Below, piece after piece: positions 29,351 through 39,490 of a DNA stretch of 64,000 nt; position 1 is the first letter of the stretch, and each line of letters begins with the position of its first letter. The stretch is from a virus (Duplodnaviria; Caudoviricetes): IMG/VR virus record IMGVR_UViG_3300033121_001921, positions 16,537 through 80,536 of that record. One strand, 5' to 3'. Under the pieces are notes generated by a model, which saw only the letters and a list, made by a program, of their open reading frames with translations, was not told the origin of the DNA and did no database searches. Both the position numbers and the translations under genes were made by a program.

Positions 29351-32046
29351 TGGTTTGCCCGTTGTACAAAAGATTAAAGGAAAATGGAACAAGTTTTTAT
29401 GTATTTCCGGGTAGTGCTGAAGATATTTCAGCCAGTCACCAGAATCAGAATTATAAAATGTACTTTTCTAAGTACACTTTAGTCAACTTTCCAAAAGTAA
29501 ACTCTGTTGATCCTGGTGGTACACAATCAGAATATATTACATTTAATTTTGGTACTTTCAGCACCATATCTCCCGGTGCCCCTGATAATTTCAGTGATCA
29601 AATAGTTGAATCTCTTAGAAATTATGTCGCTAATCATGAGACATCAATAAGAGGATCTAGATTAAACAATACAGATTTTTACTATGACCCAACTGCATTA
29701 GAAACAACTTCAGAAAAGATATTTTTTAAATGGTGTAAGAAAATAGGAATAATAGGATTTGAACCAGCTATTCCCCAAGATGAATATTTTGACAATTTGG
29801 ATGAATTTGCTAGAAAAAATTCTAATGATGATTCTTATTTTAAAGAATATCTCTGGAAAGAAAGAGAGATATCCGAATATGCAATTATTGATATAGATGC
29901 AACATCGAATTTGACTCTAACGGTTAATGGGGTGTCAAATATCAGAGAAGGTGATATTATAGAAATCTATGGCGATTCTGATTTAACGACAACTATAGGA
30001 GAATACGTCAGAGTAAGAGTATTGGGAGTGACATTCGATGTTGATGACAATCATGTTATTGAACTATCATTGACGCCGGGTGGATCCTATGTCGCCACAG
30101 GAACAAAAATAAGATTATACTATCATAGACTAATCCAATATATTGGGGAAGTCAATGGTGTTTCAAACGTTCAACAATCTAACAAATCATATACCGAAGT
30201 TTATGCGCATGTTCCAGATCACACTGGACAAACACCTGATATTCTTTTCAGAACAATCGCAGATTCAAATTATAAACCAGGATTAATATTTCCGATAAGA
30301 CCAAATCAATATCAACCAGAAATTGTTGGAGCTGAGTTATTTTCATCACCAATTGTAAATGATCCACTATCCTATCCTGGGTCCTATTATGGTCAATTTG
30401 ATACTCCAGATTTCACATACGAAGTTGCAAATGGAGATTCGTTCAGAAGATCTGGAAGCTACTTTGGTGTATCAGGTGATATTAACGAACCTATAGTTGA
30501 TGGATCTTTGATAGACGGAATAACAATAGATTTTGATACATCACACTATGTTAAGATGAATATCGAAGATAGAGTTATTTCAACATTTGATCAATTCAGC
30601 GCATTGGAAGTTAATAACGATCCTCCACAAGATTTTGATTTTAATGCAATTCTGTGGTACTATATGGTTGAGGACTCTAATGGAAATAAGAGAACAAACT
30701 TGTATGGAATCTCCTTTTTGGATAATCCAGAAAACAATCCCGTTGTGGACGATATTGGACTAAGATTTCCTCTATATAAAAAATTAGTCACAAATGGCCA
30801 ACAAGATGGAACATCTTATGCCTTTGCTATTAATTTGAATTTCAATATTGTAAGTGATAACATTATCGAGGCCTATAATCCTGACGCCGTTAATTCACTA
30901 TTCAGTATGAACTTATTCAACAGCGCTATGAGCAAATTGGCGTCAGCGAATGACAGCTTTCTGAACGTTATAAGTGAGCATGTTACTCTAAAAACCGAAA
31001 TAAATGGATTAAAACAGCTTCTATATTCTCAAACTGACTTTGCTGCAATAAATTCGAGACTCTCAACTCTGGATAGCTTGCTAAGATTATATAGCACAAG
31101 TCAAATGGTTTCATCAGATACAATTGAAGTTGAATTGGATGATAGTGTTTCTCCACCTGTAATAAAGCATAACTCTATTGATAGGTCATATATTTCAACC
31201 GAAATATATAAGACAAGTCAGATGTTTTCATCTGCTGGAGTAGTTCCTGTTCAAATAAATCCACCTCAATATAAAGATTTCCTAATTCAGATCGAGAACA
31301 ATGATGAGGTAGAATTTGAACTTGATGGCAATCTAAAGATAGTCTTGAACTCAGATCTTGAAATAAGACAAAGTATAGATATTTTGATATCTGGATCTGA
31401 TCTATCTTCGCAAAATAAAAAACTTGATATTTACATAACTACCGTCAATCCAAATACAAACATTGTAGAGGAAGATGACGATGAGGTAACTACAACAAGT
31501 TCTGACGGATCAACAGAATTCTCTGATGTTCAACCTGTCGAAACACTTTTAATTGGGGATGTTGATCTGCCTGTGTTCTATAATTTGAATACATCTCAAC
31601 CCAACTCTGCCAAGTCATGGAAGAGTTTTAATTTTGATATAGACTTCGATGAAGATATAATAATGCTCCCCAATAACACTTTACAAATATCCCTAGTAGG
31701 GAATCAATTTATAATTGCAAACTCAATCAAAGAGGGGGATGCTTTAGTACTAAATAATTTATTTATTGGCACTTCATCAGTTTTTGATTTCTCTGGCCAA
31801 TATTTTGTGACTTCTGTGTCTGTCAATCAAATAACACTTGATATATCTATCAATGAGGAATTTGTCTCTTATGGAACGGGACTTCTCCCTCTAACACTCC
31901 ATAGTGCATCTTCGACTGTACTGAGCAATAGTCCATTCATATCTCTAAACAAAGGAATTTGGGTAAGAGTTACAAGAATTAGCTCTTCTGAACAAGTCTC
32001 CATAGATCAAAAATATTTAATTGATGTTAGAGATCTGCAATACTAA
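29350..32046 (+). CDS. large hypothetical, probably virion structural protein (898 aa)
   Basis: Acidic, beta-rich composition; co-transcribed behind AATATATA. Confidence 0.6.
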   Translation: MVCPLYKRLKENGTSFYVFPGSAEDISASHQNQNYKMYFSKYTLVNFPKVNSVDPGGTQSEYITFNFGTFSTISPGAPDNFSDQIVESLRNYVANHETSIRGSRLNNTDFYYDPTALETTSEKIFFKWCKKIGIIGFEPAIPQDEYFDNLDEFARKNSNDDSYFKEYLWKEREISEYAIIDIDATSNLTLTVNGVSNIREGDIIEIYGDSDLTTTIGEYVRVRVLGVTFDVDDNHVIELSLTPGGSYVATGTKIRLYYHRLIQYIGEVNGVSNVQQSNKSYTEVYAHVPDHTGQTPDILFRTIADSNYKPGLIFPIRPNQYQPEIVGAELFSSPIVNDPLSYPGSYYGQFDTPDFTYEVANGDSFRRSGSYFGVSGDINEPIVDGSLIDGITIDFDTSHYVKMNIEDRVISTFDQFSALEVNNDPPQDFDFNAILWYYMVEDSNGNKRTNLYGISFLDNPENNPVVDDIGLRFPLYKKLVTNGQQDGTSYAFAINLNFNIVSDNIIEAYNPDAVNSLFSMNLFNSAMSKLASANDSFLNVISEHVTLKTEINGLKQLLYSQTDFAAINSRLSTLDSLLRLYSTSQMVSSDTIEVELDDSVSPPVIKHNSIDRSYISTEIYKTSQMFSSAGVVPVQINPPQYKDFLIQIENNDEVEFELDGNLKIVLNSDLEIRQSIDILISGSDLSSQNKKLDIYITTVNPNTNIVEEDDDEVTTTSSDGSTEFSDVQPVETLLIGDVDLPVFYNLNTSQPNSAKSWKSFNFDIDFDEDIIMLPNNTLQISLVGNQFIIANSIKEGDALVLNNLFIGTSSVFDFSGQYFVTSVSVNQITLDISINEEFVSYGTGLLPLTLHSASSTVLSNSPFISLNKGIWVRVTRISSSEQVSIDQKYLIDVRDLQY

Positions 32047-32552
32047 CTGTAGATAAATTCTAAACTAATACATCCGATATTGTCCACTAAGTCATTATAA
32101 TAGCAATGGTGAAGGTAAAATCCAGTTAAATTATAGATCTTTTTCAATAGTGGATTTTTTCTAATAATTTCTAAATGTTGATATGACTCAGTGTCAACGA
32201 ATGAGTTGCCAGTTACTGATTTGCACAAATGCAATAAATATTTATAGAAATTTATTCCCTTTATAAGGGATTCTGATCCAGATATATCAATTCTGATTAA
32301 ATCAGGATTTGAATGTGTAATTACACCACCTCTTATGGTTGGGATCTTTGATGGATCACCTAGCCAAGGATTGTTCCATTGCCTTTTTGCCTCATTCCAT
32401 ATCTCTGGATTATATAAGAATCCATAAGGATATGCATCGATTGTTAAATTTGTTTTTAACCCTATTTTGAATCCGATATCTTCAAATTCAAGAAAGCAGT
32501 CTAAAACAGTTCCAATATCTTGATTCGTATATGATCCAAATTTTCTTATCAC
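32043..32552 (-). CDS. hypothetical protein, paralog of 26025-26534
   Basis: See paralog; MIRKFGSY start. Confidence 0.75.
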   Translation of the reverse strand: MIRKFGSYTNQDIGTVLDCFLEFEDIGFKIGLKTNLTIDAYPYGFLYNPEIWNEAKRQWNNPWLGDPSKIPTIRGGVITHSNPDLIRIDISGSESLIKGINFYKYLLHLCKSVTGNSFVDTESYQHLEIIRKNPLLKKIYNLTGFYLHHCYYNDLVDNIGCISLEFIYS

Positions 32553-32561
32553 AAATTAATA

Positions 32562-33530
32562 TCAAAAATCCAAATTCACAACTATTTCATCATCCAATGC
32601 ATCATATCCTTCTTCTCTTGGGGGTTCATTATAAAGAGCTCCATTGCTCTGAATCAGAACATAATTTTTGAATGATGAATTCCAATTAGAAAATACTCCA
32701 GAATCTGGATTATAGAACTTGAATGTATCGATATACGGATAATATCTCAATTGGTGATTGTCTAATTTTACCTTCAAGAACAATTCTACATTTGAACTTC
32801 CAACTTGGAAGTATATTTCGCTTTTTGAGGTTTGTTCTGTTTTATAGATATATCCATTTTCTTTTGCCCAAGTCTTAAAAGAAGTCACGTCATGATCATA
32901 GATCGAATAGATTCGATCCATTACTTTATATATCTTTCCATCTTCCGCGACACATTCCTCCCAAAGAAGAGCTCTAGTGCGTAATTTACCATCTTCTTCA
33001 AGATTGATAAGCATTTTAATCTTATTTGGATTCTTGGCATAAAGCTCCATAAATCTGTTTCTATCATTATATCTCATACATGAATTCCAAAGAGTACCGC
33101 ATGATCTTTCGTTTGGCATATGATAATTTTGATCTAGGTACCATTTTAATATTTCTTCTCCTTCAATAACCTTGAACTTAGAACTATCATTTGAGAAATA
33201 GCTTTTATAGATATTGACAAATTTTTCGATATCGTGACTAGATATTTGAAATTGATTGATCCATTCTTTCTTTATCAACTTTGTAATAAACCTACCAATT
33301 TTCATTTTAACACGATGCTTAGCATCATCTGCAAATCCAGAAGAAAGATGGAGCTTATCCTTTGGTATATAAGAAATATGACCAGACTCTGAATCAGCTT
33401 TGATCCAATCACCTATTGGATCCAAATATTCATCACGGCAAATAACATCGGATATTCTTGAGATATGATAATTATGGCAAAATATCAAAAATTTCCGAAA
33501 CTCGTTTTCAATATTAAATGAATAGAACAT
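32562..33530 (-). CDS. hypothetical protein (SCMRY...RALLW motif)
   Basis: 322 aa ORF; GTLWNSCMRY, RALLWE, MDRIYS, YYPYIDTFK. Confidence 0.75.
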   Translation of the reverse strand: MFYSFNIENEFRKFLIFCHNYHISRISDVICRDEYLDPIGDWIKADSESGHISYIPKDKLHLSSGFADDAKHRVKMKIGRFITKLIKKEWINQFQISSHDIEKFVNIYKSYFSNDSSKFKVIEGEEILKWYLDQNYHMPNERSCGTLWNSCMRYNDRNRFMELYAKNPNKIKMLINLEEDGKLRTRALLWEECVAEDGKIYKVMDRIYSIYDHDVTSFKTWAKENGYIYKTEQTSKSEIYFQVGSSNVELFLKVKLDNHQLRYYPYIDTFKFYNPDSGVFSNWNSSFKNYVLIQSNGALYNEPPREEGYDALDDEIVVNLDF

Positions 33531-33542
33531 AATATATAGACT

Positions 33543-33755
33543 ATGGAGTTTTTATTAGAGTATTCGTCTTATTATAAAGTTGGGGACAAGGTTCTAATAG
33601 AGTATTGGTACAATGATGACATAACAGTTGTTAAAATAGATGAGATCATTGGTAGGAAATACAAAGTTACGCACAATATTCCAGAATCTAAAATTTTTAA
33701 TGCTCCAGATGAATTACTTAAATCTTCAGACATAATTGATTATTTTAAGCCCTAG
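33543..33755 (+). CDS. small SH3/KOW-like protein with CTS-like start
   Basis: MEFLLEYSSYYKVGDKVLIEY. Confidence 0.65.
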   Translation: MEFLLEYSSYYKVGDKVLIEYWYNDDITVVKIDEIIGRKYKVTHNIPESKIFNAPDELLKSSDIIDYFKP

Positions 33756-33775
33756 TGTTATTTAACACTACATTT

Positions 33776-34978
33776 TCAATGTACAGGTTGTTTATTATCC
33801 ATCCCACAATATGTGGAAATCAAGTATCCGTAATAGCCAACGTCCTGAGGATCATTCATATCGAGATATTGTGTGGCTAGAATAGATAGTTCGTCACGGG
33901 TTAGGTTGTGATCTAAAAACTTAACTTTCAACATATCATATTGTCCTGATTCTTGTTGATCCATAAAATCATCAGATTCTCTCCAATTCTTAACCTCTGT
34001 CAAATTAGCACCTGATTCTATATAGACTTTGGAGTCACGGTTCTTTCTTTTCCATCGATTCTTACGGCGACGGCGACTCTTTTTACTAGAATGTGTATAT
34101 TCAACGATGCCATTGGTACTCATGTGATCCATGTCATATGCATCATTATCCACATAAGTTCTCTTTTGTGTATATGTAGGATAATTCGAATATGAATATG
34201 ATTTGTATTCAGTTTTGGTCTTATCTCTTTCAGTTGGAAGACTTTCCCAATCAATCAATATTACAGCATCTGCAAGATTCGCAAGGTGGGTAAGATCCTG
34301 CCTTTCATTGGTTGTATGTTCATTATAATATCCAACAGATATATTAGTGCATTCGGATATCACTCTTACAAATTCAGCTGAATCTGTATAGATCCCTGTG
34401 TCATCCTTTCGATAAGAGAGATTCAATTTATTGAATTCGGAGGCAAGTGATTCTGCAAATTTATCGGAGCAGGTTCTGGTAGAGGATTGGTGAGTAATTA
34501 CAGAGTTTGTGCCTCGTCTATCAAAAGACACCATTCTATGATATGGCGAAAATTCATCTATAAGATTAGATGCAGCCGTTGATCCCAAACAACCAACCTC
34601 TTCACCATAGAAAAAGTAATAAGTCCCTGGAATATTATGCTTCATCATCCACAAAAGGATTGTGACTCCAGCTTTATCATCTGCTCCCAAAATCGATGTC
34701 CCATCAGTCTTAACTATTTCATTACCACAATCATCATCGAAGACGTGGCTTACATCAACTTGAGCTTGACAAGCAGTGTCCAAATGAGATGTAAAAATGG
34801 TTTTAGAATTGCCAACTTGATAATAAAAGTTTCCAAACTGATCTTCTTTCAAATCTTTTGGAAAAAGTCCACACTGAATCATATCGTCTACTAGACCATC
34901 CTCAAATCCAAATGGATAGGTCTTGGTAGTCAATTTCAAAAAAGTTGATTTAATCCACTCAAACGTATCTATCTTCAC
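33776..34978 (-). CDS. M20/M28-family zinc peptidase
   Basis: SHLDT, GADDKAGV, GEEVG, FDRRG, VGYYNEHT. Confidence 0.85.
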   Translation of the reverse strand: MKIDTFEWIKSTFLKLTTKTYPFGFEDGLVDDMIQCGLFPKDLKEDQFGNFYYQVGNSKTIFTSHLDTACQAQVDVSHVFDDDCGNEIVKTDGTSILGADDKAGVTILLWMMKHNIPGTYYFFYGEEVGCLGSTAASNLIDEFSPYHRMVSFDRRGTNSVITHQSSTRTCSDKFAESLASEFNKLNLSYRKDDTGIYTDSAEFVRVISECTNISVGYYNEHTTNERQDLTHLANLADAVILIDWESLPTERDKTKTEYKSYSYSNYPTYTQKRTYVDNDAYDMDHMSTNGIVEYTHSSKKSRRRRKNRWKRKNRDSKVYIESGANLTEVKNWRESDDFMDQQESGQYDMLKVKFLDHNLTRDELSILATQYLDMNDPQDVGYYGYLISTYCGMDNKQPVH

Positions 34979-35047
34979 GTATACAAAATTTTTACAAATA
35001 TACGAAATTTTTCCAAATTTGGTGTATTAATATATAATATATACCCA

Positions 35048-36316
35048 ATGATCAAAAGATATCATCAATTTCTTTTAGAATCCATAGAAATCAATGAAAT
35101 AAGGGATTATTTTTCAGATCTAATAGATAGTGGATTTGGAATAGATATCATCGATAATATTTACTATGATACAACTTATCAACATCTATCTAAGGAATAT
35201 GGTATAACCATGGTAGATTTTGATAGACATGAATCATATCAATTAATGTTTTCTGGGTCTAAATATAGAGAGGGTATTATTATAAAGCTGTTGGTAAGTG
35301 GTGGCGCCACATTTGAGGACGTAACAATTGATTTTCAAAATTCAATTTCACAACTGGATTCAATTGGATTTAATCTCTTAAAAATAAGAGCTATTTCTGA
35401 CAATGGCAATGGATGGGATGATTTGAATGTAAATCATATTAGTATGAAAGATAGCTCAATTGTATTAGAAGGAATGAATTTTGAATATAATCAGTGTGTT
35501 CTGGAGTTGCAATTCTATATTGACGATGAAAAGAAATTTAATGATATCGATGTGGCTAGATACTATGGGTGGACAGGTTATGAAAAAGATGAGTCTGGAA
35601 ATATATCCATAAAATTGGAAACTTCGGATGTTATTTCTACTTTTGGATATAAAAGCGAATACTACCAAATATTACTCGAATATGAGGATATATTTGATAG
35701 ATATAGGAATCATGGGAATTACGTACCGCAAGTTAAAGAGTTTGGTCAAAGATATTTTGGCATTGATAAAGAAAATATGATAAAACTCCTCACCTATATT
35801 ATTGATTCATCAAATTGGAATGTATTTTTGGATAAATATGTGGAAAACGAAGAATTAAAAACTCTATCCAAGGATAATTTCCTAATCGAGATAACAAGCT
35901 ATAAGCAAGAGCGCAATCTGTGCTCAGTATTAGAAAATTGCAATGCAGATTATAGCGATATAATATCTGATATAAGATGGATAATTGGGGATTTTGCATC
36001 AGATGCTCATGCTGGAAAAAATCTGAAAGAAATCCAAAATTCATTTGATGATATGTTAAGTAAGCATTGCTCTTACACAGTAGATGGTGAAGATATGAAA
36101 ATTCGATTCAGTAATGATTGGATTAGGGATGTACAAATGTATATTCTAAATGAATCTTTAGAATCAATTTTCTCAAACTGGGTCACAGAAGAAATACCCA
36201 GATCGGAGAAAGATCTTAAGCCTAGACTATCTGATTGGGGTGATATTGATAAGAAAGAACTCAATATCGAAATATCAGGTATTGTTGATAACTATAAGAG
36301 AAAAATCACATCATAG
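35048..36316 (+). CDS. hypothetical protein with CTS-like start
   Basis: MIKRYHQFLLES, behind AATATATA. Confidence 0.75.
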   Translation: MIKRYHQFLLESIEINEIRDYFSDLIDSGFGIDIIDNIYYDTTYQHLSKEYGITMVDFDRHESYQLMFSGSKYREGIIIKLLVSGGATFEDVTIDFQNSISQLDSIGFNLLKIRAISDNGNGWDDLNVNHISMKDSSIVLEGMNFEYNQCVLELQFYIDDEKKFNDIDVARYYGWTGYEKDESGNISIKLETSDVISTFGYKSEYYQILLEYEDIFDRYRNHGNYVPQVKEFGQRYFGIDKENMIKLLTYIIDSSNWNVFLDKYVENEELKTLSKDNFLIEITSYKQERNLCSVLENCNADYSDIISDIRWIIGDFASDAHAGKNLKEIQNSFDDMLSKHCSYTVDGEDMKIRFSNDWIRDVQMYILNESLESIFSNWVTEEIPRSEKDLKPRLSDWGDIDKKELNIEISGIVDNYKRKITS

Positions 36317-36533
36317 CTCCCGGCGGAACATTGGGTGGAGAACTAGCTCTCCATAGAACACAATCATTCGGATTTGTGTAATATCCATAATCCTTAAATA
36401 TATCTGATTCTTCTAGAATTTTATTTACTATGGCATACTTATTAGATGTTATTATCAAATAATTCCTATTTGAATCATATTCATATTCAATTGCATTTTC
36501 CCTCAATCCATTTATTAATTGATCCATAGACAT
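36306..36533 (-). CDS. hypothetical protein
   Basis: 75 aa ORF. Confidence 0.5.
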   Translation of the reverse strand: MSMDQLINGLRENAIEYEYDSNRNYLIITSNKYAIVNKILEESDIFKDYGYYTNPNDCVLWRASSPPNVPPGAMM

Positions 36534-36569
36534 GGATTTACGCTTTCCTTTATGAATTCATTGAATTTT

Positions 36570-37145
36570 CTAATTTCCATTTATATTAAGGTATTCCTTT
36601 ACTTTCATCAACATAAATTCAGTTATAAGATCTGAAGAAATAATAGAGTTAATATATTTAAGATCAACTTTTACTGATTTGCTCAATTCTTCAGCTTTGG
36701 AACCATCACCAGAAGCGACTATTTCATGGTAGTCCCTTTCAGTTAGAGTTATTATTGCTGGATGGTATTTTGCTGAATTGGATTTAGAAATATAGACTGG
36801 TGTCATAAATTCAATGTTAAAATCAGGACTTATAACTATTCCAGCCTCCTCTTCTATTTCTCTTAGAATTGCAGTTTGTGGAGTTTCCCCAACTTCTATA
36901 GATCCAGATATTACGGTGATATGGTACTCTTGCCCATCTACATACTTAAAAGTTGGAATGTATTCTTGTCTTATTATTATCTGATTCATTTCTATTAAAT
37001 AGATAATACAGACAACATAGTCTGGCTCTTTTATTATAGACCAATCCTCAAATTGAATTAATTTCAAATGATCATCTGAATATAAAACATTCTCATCTTC
37101 ATCAGGAATGTCAGATTTTGGTTTCAATCTAGAAAATTTGTCCAT
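36570..37145 (-). CDS. NUDIX hydrolase
   Basis: Nudix box GSIEVGETPQTAILREIEEEAG. Confidence 0.9.
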   Translation of the reverse strand: MDKFSRLKPKSDIPDEDENVLYSDDHLKLIQFEDWSIIKEPDYVVCIIYLIEMNQIIIRQEYIPTFKYVDGQEYHITVISGSIEVGETPQTAILREIEEEAGIVISPDFNIEFMTPVYISKSNSAKYHPAIITLTERDYHEIVASGDGSKAEELSKSVKVDLKYINSIISSDLITEFMLMKVKEYLNINGN

Positions 37146-37165
37146 GAGGTATATATAAATATAAA

Positions 37166-37411
37166 TTAGGACTTTCGTTTCCCATCTCTAAATGCTGATT
37201 GAGTCTTGTTAGAAAAATCAACCACGTCTTGTAAACTCATATTCCATTTACGAACATATCCTTCAATTGCACCAATCAAATCTGATAACTCACATAATTG
37301 CAAAATTCCATCATTTTGCTCGTAGGCATCTTCAAGTTCTTGATATTCCTCCTTTATTTTAGAAAATTCTCCGTACTTACCTTTCTTTATTTCTGTTTTA
37401 TGATATCCCAT
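37166..37411 (-). CDS. MazG-like all-alpha NTP pyrophosphohydrolase
   Basis: KIKEEYQELEDA...ELSDLIGA acidic helices. Confidence 0.65.
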   Translation of the reverse strand: MGYHKTEIKKGKYGEFSKIKEEYQELEDAYEQNDGILQLCELSDLIGAIEGYVRKWNMSLQDVVDFSNKTQSAFRDGKRKS

Positions 37412-37652
37412 GTAGCATTTGTATTTTTACCAACCTCAATAGTATTTTTATATAGTCATTGTGTGATTTAAATGAATCATCAATTACTATTCTATATAAT
37501 TGAATACTATCTGTTTTGCGTATTAAAATTCTAGCAAATCCAAATTCATTCATTTCTTCAAGAATATCTAAAAAGACATCATTCTTTTCTCTAGTATAAA
37601 ATTTTAATATTTCATATGGATCACTTTTATCAACTTCCAAGGCGTAGATCAT
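37398..37652 (-). CDS. hypothetical protein
   Basis: 84 aa ORF. Confidence 0.6.
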   Translation of the reverse strand: MIYALEVDKSDPYEILKFYTREKNDVFLDILEEMNEFGFARILIRKTDSIQLYRIVIDDSFKSHNDYIKILLRLVKIQMLHGIS

Positions 37653-37665
37653 AATATATAATACT

Positions 37666-38007
37666 ATGGAGTTACAATATGTTTTTGTCTACGGCGTTTT
37701 TAGAGACGCTTATAATAATCTACTAGGTGAGTCTGTTTATTGTTGCAATTCATTTGTTTATGGTAAAATGTATAGAGTTAGTGAATTTTATCCAGGATTT
37801 AAGAGATCCGATTGTAGTGATCGAGTTTACGGTGATGTTTATCTAATAGATCCATCAATTTTAGAAACATTAGATGAATTTGAAGGCGAAGAATACGAGA
37901 GAAAGAAAATATGGACCTCAATGGGAGAGGAATGTTGGATATATGAATATAAATATCCAATAGATCAATTCGAGGAAATTACAGCAGGTGATTGGATTTT
38001 GAGATAA
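37666..38007 (+). CDS. gamma-glutamylcyclotransferase (AIG2-like) family protein
   Basis: VFVYGVFR, VYGDVY, LDEFEGEEYER, CWIY. Confidence 0.88.
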   Translation: MELQYVFVYGVFRDAYNNLLGESVYCCNSFVYGKMYRVSEFYPGFKRSDCSDRVYGDVYLIDPSILETLDEFEGEEYERKKIWTSMGEECWIYEYKYPIDQFEEITAGDWILR

Positions 38008-38056
38008 TTTTCGATAGCTAAGTTCCATAATAATTGGAATGATTGATTAGAAAAGA

Positions 38057-38803
38057 CTAAGGAGTATGATGATTCTTTCTGAGTATCTCTTTCTCGTAAT
38101 ACTCTTCAAATCCAGATAAAAGATCATTCATACCTGGAGACTTATTTAGTCCTATGATTTCATCTACCAATCCAAATTCTAAAGCTTCTTGTGAATTAAA
38201 CCACTTGTCCCATCTAGATGATTCTAACATTTCATCAAATGTTTTTCCACAATTTTTAGCCAGTAATTTGAATAGAATATAATTGTATTTTTCGGCCTCT
38301 AGTTGCCCAATTCTTGTTGATTGCACATTACCCTCTATCCCATGCGATACCATATGAGTCATAATTTTAGAGAAAATCAATGAAGATCTTTTTCCTTTAG
38401 CCCCAGATGATAATAAAATTGATCCCATTGACGCACACATTCCTATATTTATAGTTGCAACGTCCGAAGAGATATAATTCATTAGATCCACAATTCCTAA
38501 GCCATGTAGTACAGAACCACCAGGTGAATTTATATGGAGCGTTATATCCTTTTTAGGATCAACCGAATCTAGAAAAAGCAATTGAGCTTGAATAATATCA
38601 GACATATGCTGGTTTACAACTCCTGAAACCCAAATTATTCTATCTCTAAGAAGTCTACTGAATACATCCATCTGAGTTACTCTTAATTCTCTTTCTTCTA
38701 AAATGTATGGTGTTAATCCATTTTCAATATGATAGTTTATTGAATCACCATTTATATTGAGATGTCTGGTTGCATATTTGCAAAATTCTTTTGAATTGTC
38801 CAT
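38057..38803 (-). CDS. clpP: ATP-dependent Clp protease proteolytic subunit
   Basis: MDVFSRLLRDRII, INSPGGSV, MCASMGS (Ser), MTH (His), EALEFGLVD. Confidence 0.95.
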   Translation of the reverse strand: MDNSKEFCKYATRHLNINGDSINYHIENGLTPYILEERELRVTQMDVFSRLLRDRIIWVSGVVNQHMSDIIQAQLLFLDSVDPKKDITLHINSPGGSVLHGLGIVDLMNYISSDVATINIGMCASMGSILLSSGAKGKRSSLIFSKIMTHMVSHGIEGNVQSTRIGQLEAEKYNYILFKLLAKNCGKTFDEMLESSRWDKWFNSQEALEFGLVDEIIGLNKSPGMNDLLSGFEEYYEKEILRKNHHTP

Positions 38804-38881
38804 TATAAATTTATTTGTTCATTCTATCTTTTATGAAATGGTTTGTTTAGAAGCAATTTTCTTGGAAAGATATACGATAAA

Positions 38882-39037
38882 TCATATTCTTTGTTTTAAT
38901 AAATTAATTATACTTTTTACATCCCCAGACTCAACCTCATGAAATTGAATATTATTTTCTCTTATCAAATTGTAATAAGAATTATCTACTTCTTTTGCTT
39001 GTTCTAAATTTTGAACCCTACCATCCGGTCTGTAGGA
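38882..39037 (-). pseudogene. 3' fragment of a NadR/AAA_28-like P-loop protein
   Basis: YRPDGRVQNLEQAKEVDNSYYNLIRENNIQFHEV resembles the C-terminus of 42502-43059; no N-terminal P-loop. Confidence 0.5.
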
Positions 39038-39075
39038 GGCGCAAAAACAAATCAAAAAAATATAATATATAAGTC

Positions 39076-39417
39076 ATGAAATAGATTGATACAAAATTAA
39101 TTATTATCACAAGGGAAGATATATCCGATGGATATAAAGTTGTTCAATCCGCCCATTCTATTGCAGATTTTGCTCACCAACATCCTGAAAAATTTAATGA
39201 TTGGAAAAATACATCCAATTCTATAATCTGCCTCTCTTGTAAGTCAGAAGAACATCTTTTAGATCTCCATAAAAAGTGGAGTAAACGGACTCCGTGTTCA
39301 ATATTTTTTGAACCCGATATAGATCAGTTTACTTCACTTTGTCTTTTTGGTGCCCCTGAAATAAGAAAATCATTTTCAAATTTACCCCTAGCTCTAAAAA
39401 AACAAATAACCCAATGA
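39076..39417 (+). CDS. Pth2-like peptidyl-tRNA hydrolase with an in-frame TAG at codon 3
   Basis: ATG AAA TAG ATT..., then KLIIITREDISDGYKVVQSAHSIADF, SIICL, FFEPDI, LPL; not in the ORF track. Confidence 0.75.
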
Positions 39418-39490
39418 ATAGACTCGCCGTAGTAGATGAAGTTAGATTACAAAGAATTCAATATCGTTTAAAATATGTTATATATACTTT

